Positions 30,320 to 40,744 of a stretch of DNA of 64,000 nt are shown piece after piece (positions within the stretch are counted from its first letter, which is position 1; each line of letters begins with the position of its first letter). A program made the translations under genes and the position numbers. Under the pieces are notes generated by a model. That model saw only the letters and a program-made list of their open reading frames with translations, was not told the DNA's origin and did not search any database. This DNA comes from Gammaproteobacteria bacterium (lineage in GTDB: Bacteria > Pseudomonadota > Gammaproteobacteria > Steroidobacterales > Steroidobacteraceae): positions 1,989 to 65,988 of the forward strand of contig JANXZG010000048.1 in assembly GCA_025355645.1 (NCBI GenBank), given 5' to 3'.

Positions 30320-30968
30320 GACTCGATACCTCACGGGCAAACTTGAGGTCCTCCCAGGCCTTGCGCTTCTCGCTCGGGTCGCGCAGCAAATAGGCCGGAT
30401 GGTAGGTCACGACCACTGGAATACGGGCCTCCCCGAAATAGTGTACCTGCTGGCGCAGACGCGACAGCGAAAGTTCGGTGGACAACAGGTTTTGTGCGGC
30501 GATGCGCCCGACGACCAGGATAATCTTAGGTCGCAGCAGGGCGATCTGCTCACTGAGATAGGGCAGGCATTGGGCAGCCTCTGCGGGGCTTGGATCCCGA
30601 TTTCCGGGCGGCCGGCATTTCAGGATATTGGCAATATAGACATCGGCTCGTGCAAGGCCGATTGCGCGCAGCATACTGTTCAGAAGCTGGCCCGCGCGCC
30701 CCACGAAGGGTTCGCCTTGACGGTCCTCCTCCGCACCCGGGGCTTCCCCGATGATCAGCCACTCTGCGCACTGATTGCCGACCCCGAACACGGTCTGGGT
30801 GCGCGTCGCGCAAAGCGCGCAGCGAGTGCAGGCAGCCACGCGATCGCGCAGTTCGGACCAATCGGATACCGCAGGCCTCGCAAGCGCCACCGGCGCGATG
30901 CTCGTGCGTAGCACCCAGGAGTCGAGTCCGAGCGCCTCAAGATACGCATGGCGCGCCTGTGGGTTCAT
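30312..30968 (-). CDS. Uracil-DNA glycosylase, family 4 (Fe-S)
   Basis: CTRCALC, GEAPGAEED and FVGRAGQLL motifs. Start at MNPQARH makes an ATGA overlap with the pssA stop. Confidence 0.85.
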   Translation of the reverse strand: MNPQARHAYLEALGLDSWVLRTSIAPVALARPAVSDWSELRDRVAACTRCALCATRTQTVFGVGNQCAEWLIIGEAPGAEEDRQGEPFVGRAGQLLNSMLRAIGLARADVYIANILKCRPPGNRDPSPAEAAQCLPYLSEQIALLRPKIILVVGRIAAQNLLSTELSLSRLRQQVHYFGEARIPVVVTYHPAYLLRDPSEKRKAWEDLKFAREVSSRV

Positions 30969-31738
30969 GCGCGCGGGACGCCCGTGCGCGAGCGCCGCCG
31001 CAGTTTTCGCCAAGCCCATTGCAACGGCGCGGAGGCGGCGTATGTCCCGAACAGCAGCAGGAATGCAATCGGCGGGTTGGAGGCGATTAACACAAAGATC
31101 AGCGGCACCAGCAGTATGTGCGTGAAGCGCACGCGCGCGCTCAGGTTGACTTGCTTGAAACTATTGAATGCAAAGCGACTAATCATCAGCGCGCCGGCGA
31201 TCGCCGTGACCACGAACGCCAGCACAAGTCCCGGCAGGCCGATATCGGTTTGCGCACTGGCTACCCAGACGAATGCAGCGACAATGCCGGCGGCGGACGG
31301 GCTCGGGAGCCCTTCGAAGTAGTGCTTGTCCTGGGTCGCGGCACGTGAGTTGAATCGCGCGAGGCGCAGCGCTGCCGCCGCCGCGTAGAAAAAGCACACC
31401 AGCCAGCCGATCCGGCGCCACAAAGGACCATATTCGGAGATGCGCGCGACCCCCCACTGGTAGGTGACGATCGCGGGCGCGAGTCCGAAGGACACCATGT
31501 CCGAGAGGCTGTCGTATTCCTTGCCAAAGGCGCTGTCCGTATGAGTCCAGCGCGCGACACGCCCGTCAAGTCCATCGAAAATCATGGCAACGAATACGGC
31601 GATGCCTGCGTTCTCGAATTTCCAGTCGATCGCGGCGACGACCGCGTAGAAGCCGGCAAACAGTGCTCCTGTGGTGAGCAGGTTGGGCAGCCAATACACC
31701 CGCCGGTGTCGCGGTCGATCAATGTCTGCTTCGTTCAT
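30965..31738 (-). CDS. pssA: CDP-diacylglycerol--serine O-phosphatidyltransferase
   Basis: CDP-alcohol phosphatidyltransferase motif DGLDGRVARWTHTDSAFGKEYDSLSDMV. Polytopic. Confidence 0.9.
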   Translation of the reverse strand: MNEADIDRPRHRRVYWLPNLLTTGALFAGFYAVVAAIDWKFENAGIAVFVAMIFDGLDGRVARWTHTDSAFGKEYDSLSDMVSFGLAPAIVTYQWGVARISEYGPLWRRIGWLVCFFYAAAAALRLARFNSRAATQDKHYFEGLPSPSAAGIVAAFVWVASAQTDIGLPGLVLAFVVTAIAGALMISRFAFNSFKQVNLSARVRFTHILLVPLIFVLIASNPPIAFLLLFGTYAASAPLQWAWRKLRRRSRTGVPRA

Positions 31739-31746
31739 GAGTGCCC

Positions 31747-31752
31747 ATAATA
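31747..31752 (-). promoter_or_regulatory. -10-like hexamer TATTAT, 8 nt upstream of the pssA ATG
   Basis: The minus strand reads TATTAT-GGGCACTC-ATG. No purine-rich SD lies between. Confidence 0.3.
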
Positions 31753-31767
31753 GCAGGGGGCCTGATG

Positions 31768-31773
31768 TAAGAT
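31768..31773 (+). promoter_or_regulatory. -10-like hexamer TAAGAT, 9 nt upstream of the proS ATG
   Basis: The plus strand reads TAAGAT-ATTGCCCCT-ATG. No SD is present. Confidence 0.3.
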
Positions 31774-31782
31774 ATTGCCCCT

Positions 31783-33489
31783 ATGCGCCTATCCAGATAC
31801 CCCATTTCGACGCTTAAAGAGGTGCCCGCCGATGCGGAGGTCATCAGTCACCGCCTGATGCTGCGCGCCGGCATGATTCGCCGCCTCGCGGCGGGACTTT
31901 ATTCCTGGTTGCCGATGGGACTGCGGGCGCTTAAGAAAGTCGAGCACATCATCCGCGAGGAGATGGACCGGGCCGGCGCCTTGGAATTGTGCATGCCCAC
32001 GATCCAGCCGGCGGAGTTATGGAAGGAATCCACCCGCTGGAACAAATACGGACCCGAATTGTTGCGCTTCAAGGATCGGCACGAACGCGAGTTCGCCTAT
32101 GGCCCAACCCATGAAGAGGTCATTACCGACATCGCGCGCAGGGAACTGCGCAGCTACCGGCAGCTGCCGGTTAACTTCTACCAGATCCAGACCAAGTTCC
32201 GTGATGAAATCCGGCCGCGCTTTGGTGTGATGCGCGCGCGCGAATTCCTGATGAAGGACGCCTATTCGTTCCATGTGGACGAGGCGAGCCTGAACCAGGG
32301 CTACTTGGCGATGTACGACGCGTACGTACGGATTTTCACGCGCATGGGGCTTAAGTTCAGGGCAGTCCAGGCGGACGGCGGCAGCATCGGCGGCAATGTC
32401 TCGCAGGAATTTCATGTGCTGGCGGACTCCGGCGAGGACGCGATCGCATTCTCCGATGGTGACAGCTATGCCGCCAACCTTGAGCTCGCAGCGACTGCAC
32501 CTGCCTCCCCACGACCCGCCGCGAGCCGCGCGCTCGAGCGCGTCTCGACCCCGAACGTGCGCAGCATCGATGATCTATGCGCCTTCCTGAAGGTCAACGC
32601 GGCCCAGTGCGTCAAGACACTTCTAGTCGATGGCAGCAACAACGATGTCGTCGCGCTGATCATCCGCGGCGACCACGAACTGAATGCCGTGAAATCGCAA
32701 AAGCTGCCGGGAGTCGCCAATCCGCTGCGAATGGCCTCGGCCGATCGCGTGCGCGCGGCTACCGGCGCCGATGCGGGTTCGCTCGGGCCGATCGGCTTTG
32801 CGGGCAAGGTATACGCCGATCATGCGGCGGCCGCGGTCGCAGACTTCATCTGCGGCGCTAACGAGCGCGAGGTGCACTACACCGGTGCCAACTGGGGTCG
32901 CGACCTGCCGGATGTCATCAGCGTCGATATGCGCAACGCCATCGAAGGCGATCCGAGCCCAGGCGGAAGCGGCTCGCTGCAGATCGCGCGCGGCATCGAG
33001 GTCGGTCATATCTTTCAGCTCGGACAGCTCTACAGCGCCGCCATGCAGGCCACCGTGCTTGACGAACAAAGCAAGGCGGTGACGATGTACATGGGCTGCT
33101 ATGGGATCGGCGTCACGCGCGTGGTGGCCGCCGCGATCGAGCAGAACAATGACGCCAACGGCATTATCTGGCCCGAGGCGATCGCGCCCTTCCGGATCGT
33201 GTTGGTGCCGCTGGCCTACCAGAAGTCCGCACTAGTGAAGGAAGTCGCCGATCGGCTGTATGAAGAGTTCAGTGCCGCCGGCATTGATGTGCTGCTCGAT
33301 GACCGGGATGCGCGGCCGGGCGTGAAGTTCGCCGACTCGGAGCTCTTGGGCATTCCCCACCGGATCGTGATCGGCGAGCGCGGCCTAGGCACAGGCCAAC
33401 TCGAATACCGTCACCGCCGGGATAGTGCTGCCACGGAGATTCCAGTGGCCTCCGCCGTGGATCACGTGCTGCAGAACTCGAATCGTTGA
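31783..33489 (+). CDS. proS: Proline--tRNA ligase
   Basis: [44 protein letters not shown] is colinear with E. coli ProS from residue 1. 568 aa. Confidence 0.97.
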   Translation: MRLSRYPISTLKEVPADAEVISHRLMLRAGMIRRLAAGLYSWLPMGLRALKKVEHIIREEMDRAGALELCMPTIQPAELWKESTRWNKYGPELLRFKDRHEREFAYGPTHEEVITDIARRELRSYRQLPVNFYQIQTKFRDEIRPRFGVMRAREFLMKDAYSFHVDEASLNQGYLAMYDAYVRIFTRMGLKFRAVQADGGSIGGNVSQEFHVLADSGEDAIAFSDGDSYAANLELAATAPASPRPAASRALERVSTPNVRSIDDLCAFLKVNAAQCVKTLLVDGSNNDVVALIIRGDHELNAVKSQKLPGVANPLRMASADRVRAATGADAGSLGPIGFAGKVYADHAAAAVADFICGANEREVHYTGANWGRDLPDVISVDMRNAIEGDPSPGGSGSLQIARGIEVGHIFQLGQLYSAAMQATVLDEQSKAVTMYMGCYGIGVTRVVAAAIEQNNDANGIIWPEAIAPFRIVLVPLAYQKSALVKEVADRLYEEFSAAGIDVLLDDRDARPGVKFADSELLGIPHRIVIGERGLGTGQLEYRHRRDSAATEIPVASAVDHVLQNSNR

Positions 33490-34088
33490 TGTTTGCCGTG
33501 GCGCATCGCCGGCGCCGCCACGCCCTGGCCGGGCTTGCACTGCTGGCGTCGTGTTGCGCGCTGCCCGGGGCAGTGTTGGCCGAGGAGCAGCGCGAGCCTG
33601 AACTGAAAGCATTGCTGCAGCAGATCGTGCGCCGCGATGATTGTTTCACGGATCGGTATGACGCCGAGGTCTGGCACAAGGCGATGGAGCCCCGCCTGCA
33701 GCGCTTCATCGTCTCGCACGAAGAGCGCCTGGAGATCCTGGATCGCGTTTACTGCGAGGCCAAGCGCGATCCGCAGATGCAGATACCTCCGGACCTCGTG
33801 CTCGCCCTGATCGAGGTCGAGAGTCGCTTTAACCGCTGGGCGGTGTCGCGCGTGGGGGCGGTGGGCCTGATGCAGGTCATGCCGTTCTGGCCCACCGAAC
33901 TCGGCGTGCAAAATGAGCTGGTGCGAACCGCGCCTAACATCCGCATTGGCTGCGAGATCCTACGCTACTACCTAAAAGCCGAGCATCATGACTGGACGCG
34001 CGCGCTGGCGCGCTACAACGGCAGCGCAGGTCGTCGCGAGTATCCGGAACTGATCATGAAGCGCTGGCGCCTGGCCTGGCGCTTCTAA
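33489..34088 (+). CDS. Lytic transglycosylase (SLT domain)
   Basis: Signal peptide and the catalytic region LIEVESRFNRWAVSRVGAVGLMQV. TGATG overlap with proS. Confidence 0.85.
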   Translation: MFAVAHRRRRHALAGLALLASCCALPGAVLAEEQREPELKALLQQIVRRDDCFTDRYDAEVWHKAMEPRLQRFIVSHEERLEILDRVYCEAKRDPQMQIPPDLVLALIEVESRFNRWAVSRVGAVGLMQVMPFWPTELGVQNELVRTAPNIRIGCEILRYYLKAEHHDWTRALARYNGSAGRREYPELIMKRWRLAWRF

Positions 34089-34091
34089 CGG

Positions 34092-34388
34092 CTAGGGCTT
34101 GGGATCGTTGCCCGCTGCGCCCTGTGAGTGTGCAAGCGCCGCGCTCGCATCATGCTTGGCCTCGACCGCGGCTATTCGGGCCCGTGTGTACTCATGCAGT
34201 TGCAGGTGCGATTCGGCGCGCTCAATGGCGGCCTGGGCTGCTGAGAAATCATCCGCTGCGCGGCTCGGTGCGCCGGCCGCACGCGCCGCCTGGATTGCCT
34301 GGCGCGCATCACTCATTTCCTGGACCGGCGGCCCTTTGCAGGCCATCAGGCATCCCACGAGTGAAAGTACGGTAAAAATGCGTAGCAT
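34092..34388 (-). CDS. Small lipoprotein (DUF4398-like)
   Basis: Trimmed to MLRIFTVLSLVGCLMAC (lipobox), followed by an Ala-rich helical repeat. Confidence 0.6.
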   Translation of the reverse strand: MLRIFTVLSLVGCLMACKGPPVQEMSDARQAIQAARAAGAPSRAADDFSAAQAAIERAESHLQLHEYTRARIAAVEAKHDASAALAHSQGAAGNDPKP

Positions 34389-34455
34389 AGGCGGCCTGAC
34401 ACTAACAATAGCGGCCCGAGACGTCAAACGTGGGATCGGCGAGAATTGCACGTGA

Positions 34456-35438
<983 letters not shown>

Positions 35439-36081
35439 ATGGGATCGTCAGGCGACGCTGCGCGGCGAGAGAGGCCTCGTCAAGGTCATCGAGCAGGCCC
35501 AGCAACGAGGCAAGGTCACGCGGCATGCGTCGCAATAAATAGTCCGCGGTCTCTGCAGGCAGCTGCAAGCCGCGCTGCAGCGCCCGCAAGCGTAATGCCT
35601 CGATACGGCCCTCATCGTCCAGTTCACGCAGTTGGTAGACGATGCAGGCGGTCGCGCGCGATCGCCAGTCCTCGAGCGTCCAGGGCAACGCGGTAGGCGG
35701 CGCAGAAGCGGCGAACACCAGCCGGCTGCGCAGTTCAAGCGCCTCATTGAAGAGCTCAAACAGCGCCCGTTCCCAGCGCAAGTCGCCCGCGACCGCCTCC
35801 ATGTCATCGATACAAAGTACGCCGAGGGAGGCAAATCCCTGCAGCGCCTCGGGCGGAAGATGCGGGGTTCCCATCGGAAAATAGGCCGCTGCCGCAGTTC
35901 CCGCGGCAGCACAGGCGCCCTGCAATAGGTGGGTTTTGCCACTGCCGGGCGCGCCCCAGAGCCACAGCGGTGCGGGATCGGCGCCGCGCAGCGCCGCGAT
36001 CAGTTCCCCATTCGGTCCAGGGGCAAAGCTGTCGAAGACCGCCTCGGCGCGCAGCCGCACTGGCAGTGCAAGCTGCTTCAT

Positions 36082-37089
36082 TTATTGGCGCAGGTGAAAG
36101 CGCAGGAACGAGGTGTCGGTTGCGGGCAGCGCCTCCAGCGAGGCATTGAGGCTGAGCGCGCGCTGCAGGGCGCGCGCACCCCCACGCACCGTCACGCGAA
36201 ACTGCGCGCGATCTGCGTTCAACGAGCGCACGCTGACGTGCGAGACAAACGCCAAGGATTCGAGCAAGCTCTGTACTTTCGCATATGCGGTAACGTCGTT
36301 CAGGCCCGCGATTTCGATGTCCACCGGGGTCGGCGCGCCGCTGGCGGCAAATAATCCGGCATACAGGTCCGCGGCACCATCGATGCCCTCGATCGTGCCT
36401 GAAAACTCACTGCTGCGATCCTGGAACTGATGCGACCAGCGCCAGCTCACGACGCCGTTGGCCGTCACCGGACGGCCGATCAGAACCGCCTCAGCGCCTA
36501 AACGCAGGCCGAGGTCAACAAGCGTGCCGGTGGGTCCGTTCAGGATCGCGGCGTAATCGATGCGGCGGGGCTGGAGTTCCGCAGCAGTCGGCCAGCGCAC
36601 CGGGACGCCGCGCACCTGCGCCTCGGCCTCGATCTCGCTCTTGAGTGCGGAGGTATCGTCGCTCTTGGCCACGCTGGCGCCCGCGGATCCTGCGGCGGGC
36701 ATCGCGAGCCATATGAAGGTCGTCGGGCGGTCGCGGCCCCAGATCGGCTGGCCGTTTTGCGCAAGCCAGCGGTCGATGGCATTACCATCGAAGGAAATCC
36801 ACAACAGGTTGTCTGAAGCCACGCGATATTGTTGGACGTAGCGCCGCGCGTCGCTCATGAGCGGCGCGAACACGGCCTCCTCGCCGGCGCTACGGCGCCC
36901 GGTGACTCGCACCATCACAATCTTCAAACCGGCGACAAAGGCGCTGTCCTGGCCCGCCTCGGACCGGTCGGCCCGCGGCACCGTGGCTTGGTACAGCTCG
37001 GCGCGCGTCACCGCGCCCGCCAGGGGCGCGACCAGCACGCATGCAGCCAGGAATAGTCGGACGAAGTGGGGGTTTGCGGTCTTGCTCAT
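36082..37089 (-). CDS. Secreted protein, DUF2066-like
   Basis: Trimmed to [26 protein letters not shown] (signal peptide). Conserved position between hda and purM. Confidence 0.6.
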   Translation of the reverse strand: MSKTANPHFVRLFLAACVLVAPLAGAVTRAELYQATVPRADRSEAGQDSAFVAGLKIVMVRVTGRRSAGEEAVFAPLMSDARRYVQQYRVASDNLLWISFDGNAIDRWLAQNGQPIWGRDRPTTFIWLAMPAAGSAGASVAKSDDTSALKSEIEAEAQVRGVPVRWPTAAELQPRRIDYAAILNGPTGTLVDLGLRLGAEAVLIGRPVTANGVVSWRWSHQFQDRSSEFSGTIEGIDGAADLYAGLFAASGAPTPVDIEIAGLNDVTAYAKVQSLLESLAFVSHVSVRSLNADRAQFRVTVRGGARALQRALSLNASLEALPATDTSFLRFHLRQ

Positions 37090-37160
37090 GGACGGATCGC
37101 GCGGCGCTCGGGTGTACCTTGTGTAAAATACCACAGCTTGCCGAAACGCCAAGGAACCCG

Positions 37161-38192
37161 ATGACTGAAATTGCGCCTGTTACCTATCGCGAGGCCGGCG
37201 TCGATATCGATGCGGGCGAGGATCTGGTCGAGCGTATCAAGCCCCTGGTCCGCCGGACCATGCGCCGGGAGGTGCTGGGCGGACTCGGTGGGTTCGGCGC
37301 ACTCGTGGAAGTGCCGCTCGACAGGTATCGTCGGCCGGTACTGGTGTCCGGCACGGATGGTGTTGGCACGAAGCTGCGCCTCGCGATCGATGCGCAGCGG
37401 CACGACACGGTCGGCATCGACCTGGTGGCTATGTGCGCAAACGACGTCGTCGTGCAAGGTGCCGAGCCGCTGTTTTTTCTGGATTACTTCGCAACTGGAA
37501 AACTCGACGTCGCGATCGGCGCACGCCTGATCGCGGGTATCGCGGAGGGCTGCGTGCAGGCGGGGTGCGCGCTGGTGGGAGGCGAGACGGCGGAGATGCC
37601 CGGCATGTACCACGGCGAGGATTATGACCTTGCCGGATTTTGCGTTGGAATCGTGGAGAAGGATCGCATCCTCGATGGGCGGGCGACGCAGCCGGGCGAT
37701 GTCGTGATCGGACTTGCTTCCTCCGGCCCCCATTCCAATGGATTTTCGATGATACGCAGGATCCTGAAAGTCAGCGGCGCAGATTTATCCATGGACATTG
37801 GTGGCCTGCCGCTGCTTGAACGCCTGATGGCGCCGACGCGTATTTACGTCAAGCCACTGCTGGAATTGATCGGCCGAATACCGGTACGCGGGCTTGCACA
37901 TATCACCGGCGGCGGTCTTCTCGAGAATATCCCGCGCGTGATCCCTGAACATCTGGAAGTGGTGCTCGAGCGCAAGGCCTGGCCACGAATCCCAATCTTC
38001 GACTGGCTGCAGACGAGCGGCAAGGTCAGCGACGCCGAGATGTACCGGGTATTTAACTGCGGCATTGGCATGACCGTGCAGGTCGCGCCCGCCGATGTGC
38101 CAGCCGCGTTGTCAGTGCTGCATGGCGCCGGTCAGGAAGCGGTCGTGATCGGCGAGGTGCGCCAGGGCACCCGCGGGGTCGTGATCGAGTGA
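37161..38192 (+). CDS. purM: Phosphoribosylformylglycinamidine cyclo-ligase
   Basis: Trimmed to [23 protein letters not shown] synthase motifs. SD AAGGA. Confidence 0.95.
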   Translation: MTEIAPVTYREAGVDIDAGEDLVERIKPLVRRTMRREVLGGLGGFGALVEVPLDRYRRPVLVSGTDGVGTKLRLAIDAQRHDTVGIDLVAMCANDVVVQGAEPLFFLDYFATGKLDVAIGARLIAGIAEGCVQAGCALVGGETAEMPGMYHGEDYDLAGFCVGIVEKDRILDGRATQPGDVVIGLASSGPHSNGFSMIRRILKVSGADLSMDIGGLPLLERLMAPTRIYVKPLLELIGRIPVRGLAHITGGGLLENIPRVIPEHLEVVLERKAWPRIPIFDWLQTSGKVSDAEMYRVFNCGIGMTVQVAPADVPAALSVLHGAGQEAVVIGEVRQGTRGVVIE

Positions 38193-38857
38193 TGTCGAAA
38201 CACGCCAGCTGCCCCATTGTCGTGTTGATATCGGGCCGCGGAACGAATATGCGCGTGCTGATCGAGGACTCCCGCCGCGTCCCCTCGTCCTATGCTGTAG
38301 CGGCTGTCTACTCCGATAAGCCGGGCGTCGCCGGGCTCGCCACCGCTGCTGCCCTCGGCGTGCCAGCGCGCGCGCTTGATGCAAGCAAAATTGCCGACCG
38401 CGCTGTGTATGATGAACTTCTCGGCGATGCGATTGCCCAATATTCGCCGTCGCTCGTGGTGCTCGCAGGTTTCATGCGCATTCTGTCGCCGGCGTTCGTG
38501 CGACGATTTGAGGGGCGCATTCTGAACATCCACCCGGCGCTGCTGCCGCGCTACCCCGGCCTGCACACGCACCGGCGAGTGCTAGCAGCGGGAGAGCGGG
38601 AGCATGGAGTAACGGTTCACTATGTCACGGCGGAACTGGACGGCGGCCCACGAATCCTGCAGGCGGCGCTTGCGATCGAGCCAGAGGACAATGAATCGCG
38701 GCTGGCGGCACGCGTGCAGGGGCTCGAGCACCAGGTCTACCCCGTCGCGGTCCGCTGGCACTGCGAGGGGCGTCTGCGCTATGAAGCCGGCGCAGCGTGG
38801 TTGGATTCAGCGCCCCTAAAGGAACCGCTGCAACTGGCGGACTTAAATCTGACGTGA
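38192..38857 (+). CDS. purN: Phosphoribosylglycinamide formyltransferase
   Basis: VVLISGRGTNM and NIHPALLPRYPGLHTH motifs. TGATG overlap with purM. Confidence 0.93.
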   Translation: MSKHASCPIVVLISGRGTNMRVLIEDSRRVPSSYAVAAVYSDKPGVAGLATAAALGVPARALDASKIADRAVYDELLGDAIAQYSPSLVVLAGFMRILSPAFVRRFEGRILNIHPALLPRYPGLHTHRRVLAAGEREHGVTVHYVTAELDGGPRILQAALAIEPEDNESRLAARVQGLEHQVYPVAVRWHCEGRLRYEAGAAWLDSAPLKEPLQLADLNLT

Positions 38858-38866
38858 GCAAGTTCC

Positions 38867-39577
38867 ATGAATAAAGCGGTATTGGCGGCGCTCGCGCTCG
38901 CCGCCTCGCCCTACGCGAGCGGCGAGCCGGCGCCTGACGCCGCGTTGCAGCCCTTCAAGGCGCACTTTGTGGCCGAATGGAAAGGCATTGGTGTTGCCAC
39001 CAGCGACCTGGTGCTGACGCGCGATACGGCGCCCGACCAGTGGGTATATACCTGGCGCATCACGGCGCGCGGCATTTTCCGGATGGCCTATAGCGATGAT
39101 GTTGTGCAGACCAGCTGGTTTTCGCTGAATTCCGGGCACGTACGTACTGCCAAGTACATAGCGAGCGAGGGCTCGAAGCAGGTCAAGCTGGATTTTGACT
39201 GGGATGCCCATCGCGCCAAGGGCGCATCGCAGGACAAGCCGCTCGATCTCGTCCTAACCGACAATACCCAGGATGTCCTCTCGATCCAGATCGAGGTCAT
39301 GCAGGATCTGCGCAATGGCACGCTGCCGGCGAAATTCTCCATCGTGGACCAGGATGAGGTCAAAGTATTCAACTACACACGCGAAGGCACGGAGGGCTTG
39401 CGAACATCCCTGGGCGTCCTCGATACCGTTAAGATCGCGAGCCAGCGCGAGGGTAACAACCGGATTTTGCACATGTGGTTCGCGCCCGCCCTGGGGTACG
39501 CGCCAGTCCAGGCCGAGAGGACCCGGGACGGTAAATCAGAATTCGCGATGCGCATCAAGACGCTCGATCGGCAATGA
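38867..39577 (+). CDS. Secreted protein, DUF3108-like
   Basis: Signal peptide MNKAVLAALALAASPYASG. Beta-rich. Conserved position after purN. Confidence 0.6.
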   Translation: MNKAVLAALALAASPYASGEPAPDAALQPFKAHFVAEWKGIGVATSDLVLTRDTAPDQWVYTWRITARGIFRMAYSDDVVQTSWFSLNSGHVRTAKYIASEGSKQVKLDFDWDAHRAKGASQDKPLDLVLTDNTQDVLSIQIEVMQDLRNGTLPAKFSIVDQDEVKVFNYTREGTEGLRTSLGVLDTVKIASQREGNNRILHMWFAPALGYAPVQAERTRDGKSEFAMRIKTLDRQ

Positions 39578-40744
39578 TCAGGCCTTGGGCAGCGTGACTC
39601 CCAGCTGTCCCTGATATTTGCCGCCGCGATCCTTATAAGAGGTCTCGCAGACCTCGTCCGATTCGAAAAACAGCATCTGTGCGACGCCTTCATTCGCATA
39701 GATTCGCGCCGGCAGCGTCGTCGTGTTGGAAAATTCCAGCGTGACGTGCCCTTCCCACTCCGGTTCCAGCGGCGTTACGTTGACTATAATTCCGCAGTTC
39801 TTTACGAAGATGCCGGCCTGCAAAGCGAAGTTGCCGGCTTCGGGCACCGTAAGGCAATAAACATCATGATGGCCTGGCACCTCGCGCACTGCTGCGACCT
39901 TGTGATTGCGATACGCGGGCGCACTTCCAGCCGGTGGGTTATATCGGCGCTCCGAAACCCCATGGTGGACGTGCATCCCGGCAGCATCGTCTGAAATTTT
40001 ATGGTTTGTATTCCATTCACCAGCCAGGCGACGCGTGGGATATAAATCCCCGTCGTGCGGCTGATATACCGATTCGTACCCCTCGATTAGTTCCCGGTAT
40101 AACGGCATCAGAGCATCGCGCGGACGAAGCGTGTGCGCTGCCGACATGCACCCATCGCGCCTCATGAATAAGTGGTCGGAGGTTGCGTGGATGCGCTGGC
40201 CGTCGTCAAGCTCGATCTCCAATAGGGCGTCCCGTCCGATGAGCCGTGGCTGATCCAGCAAGCTAACAATTACGCGGCCGTTTTGACCGATGCTATAGCC
40301 CCAAAACGACTCACCGGAATCATGCCGCCGCGCCATTTGCTCGAGAGTCGGTGCGGTCCCATCGACCAAGGCGACGCGAGTGTCGCCACGGAAGCAACGT
40401 GCATAAGTTGATTTTCCGAGGCAAACCGTCAGCACACTGCGTGGAATGCGAAAGAATTCCACGGTCCTCGCAAGCGCGAACGAATTCGGCGGGATGATGC
40501 ACATCGGGCCCTTGAAATCGACGAATGACTTTTCATCGAAGTTCTTCGGATCGACGATCGTCGAATTGATGTTCGTGAAGATCTTGAACTCCTCGGCGCA
40601 CCTGACATCGTAGCCGTAGCTCGACGTGCCGTAGGAGACGATCTTGTGGCCGCCGGCCGTGCGGACCTGCGTCGGGGAAAATGGCTCGATCATGCGCTGC
40701 TCGTTGGCCATGCGACGGATCCAGCGGTCGCTCTTGATGCTCAT
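39578..40744 (-). CDS. dcd: dCTP deaminase interrupted by an in-frame intein (precursor 388 aa, predicted mature Dcd 188 aa)
   Basis: N-extein is residues 1-116 ([13 protein letters not shown]...CLGKSTYAR) and C-extein is residues 317-388 ([43 protein letters not shown]...[12 protein letters not shown]). Joined together they reproduce a full-length Pseudomonas/Xanthomonas-type Dcd. Confidence 0.93.
   Translation of the reverse strand: MSIKSDRWIRRMANEQRMIEPFSPTQVRTAGGHKIVSYGTSSYGYDVRCAEEFKIFTNINSTIVDPKNFDEKSFVDFKGPMCIIPPNSFALARTVEFFRIPRSVLTVCLGKSTYARCFRGDTRVALVDGTAPTLEQMARRHDSGESFWGYSIGQNGRVIVSLLDQPRLIGRDALLEIELDDGQRIHATSDHLFMRRDGCMSAAHTLRPRDALMPLYRELIEGYESVYQPHDGDLYPTRRLAGEWNTNHKISDDAAGMHVHHGVSERRYNPPAGSAPAYRNHKVAAVREVPGHHDVYCLTVPEAGNFALQAGIFVKNCGIIVNVTPLEPEWEGHVTLEFSNTTTLPARIYANEGVAQMLFFESDEVCETSYKDRGGKYQGQLGVTLPKA
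39797..40396 (-). mobile_element. Intein (200 aa, Cys1 ... Asn200, Cys+1) within dcd
   Basis: Block [14 protein letters not shown], block [11 protein letters not shown] (TxxH), block [27 protein letters not shown], followed by Cys+1. The boundary codons were checked on the sequence: tgc at 40396-40394, aac at 39799-39797, tgc at 39796-39794. Confidence 0.85.

Noticed and set aside
39578-40744. The 388-aa dcd ORF as a gene fusion, frameshift artefact or domain insertion rather than an intein
   Set aside because: Both Dcd halves are in the same frame and rejoin a conserved motif exactly. The insert begins with Cys, ends with Asn, is followed by Cys, and shows blocks A, B, F and G. A fusion or assembly error would not produce these boundaries.
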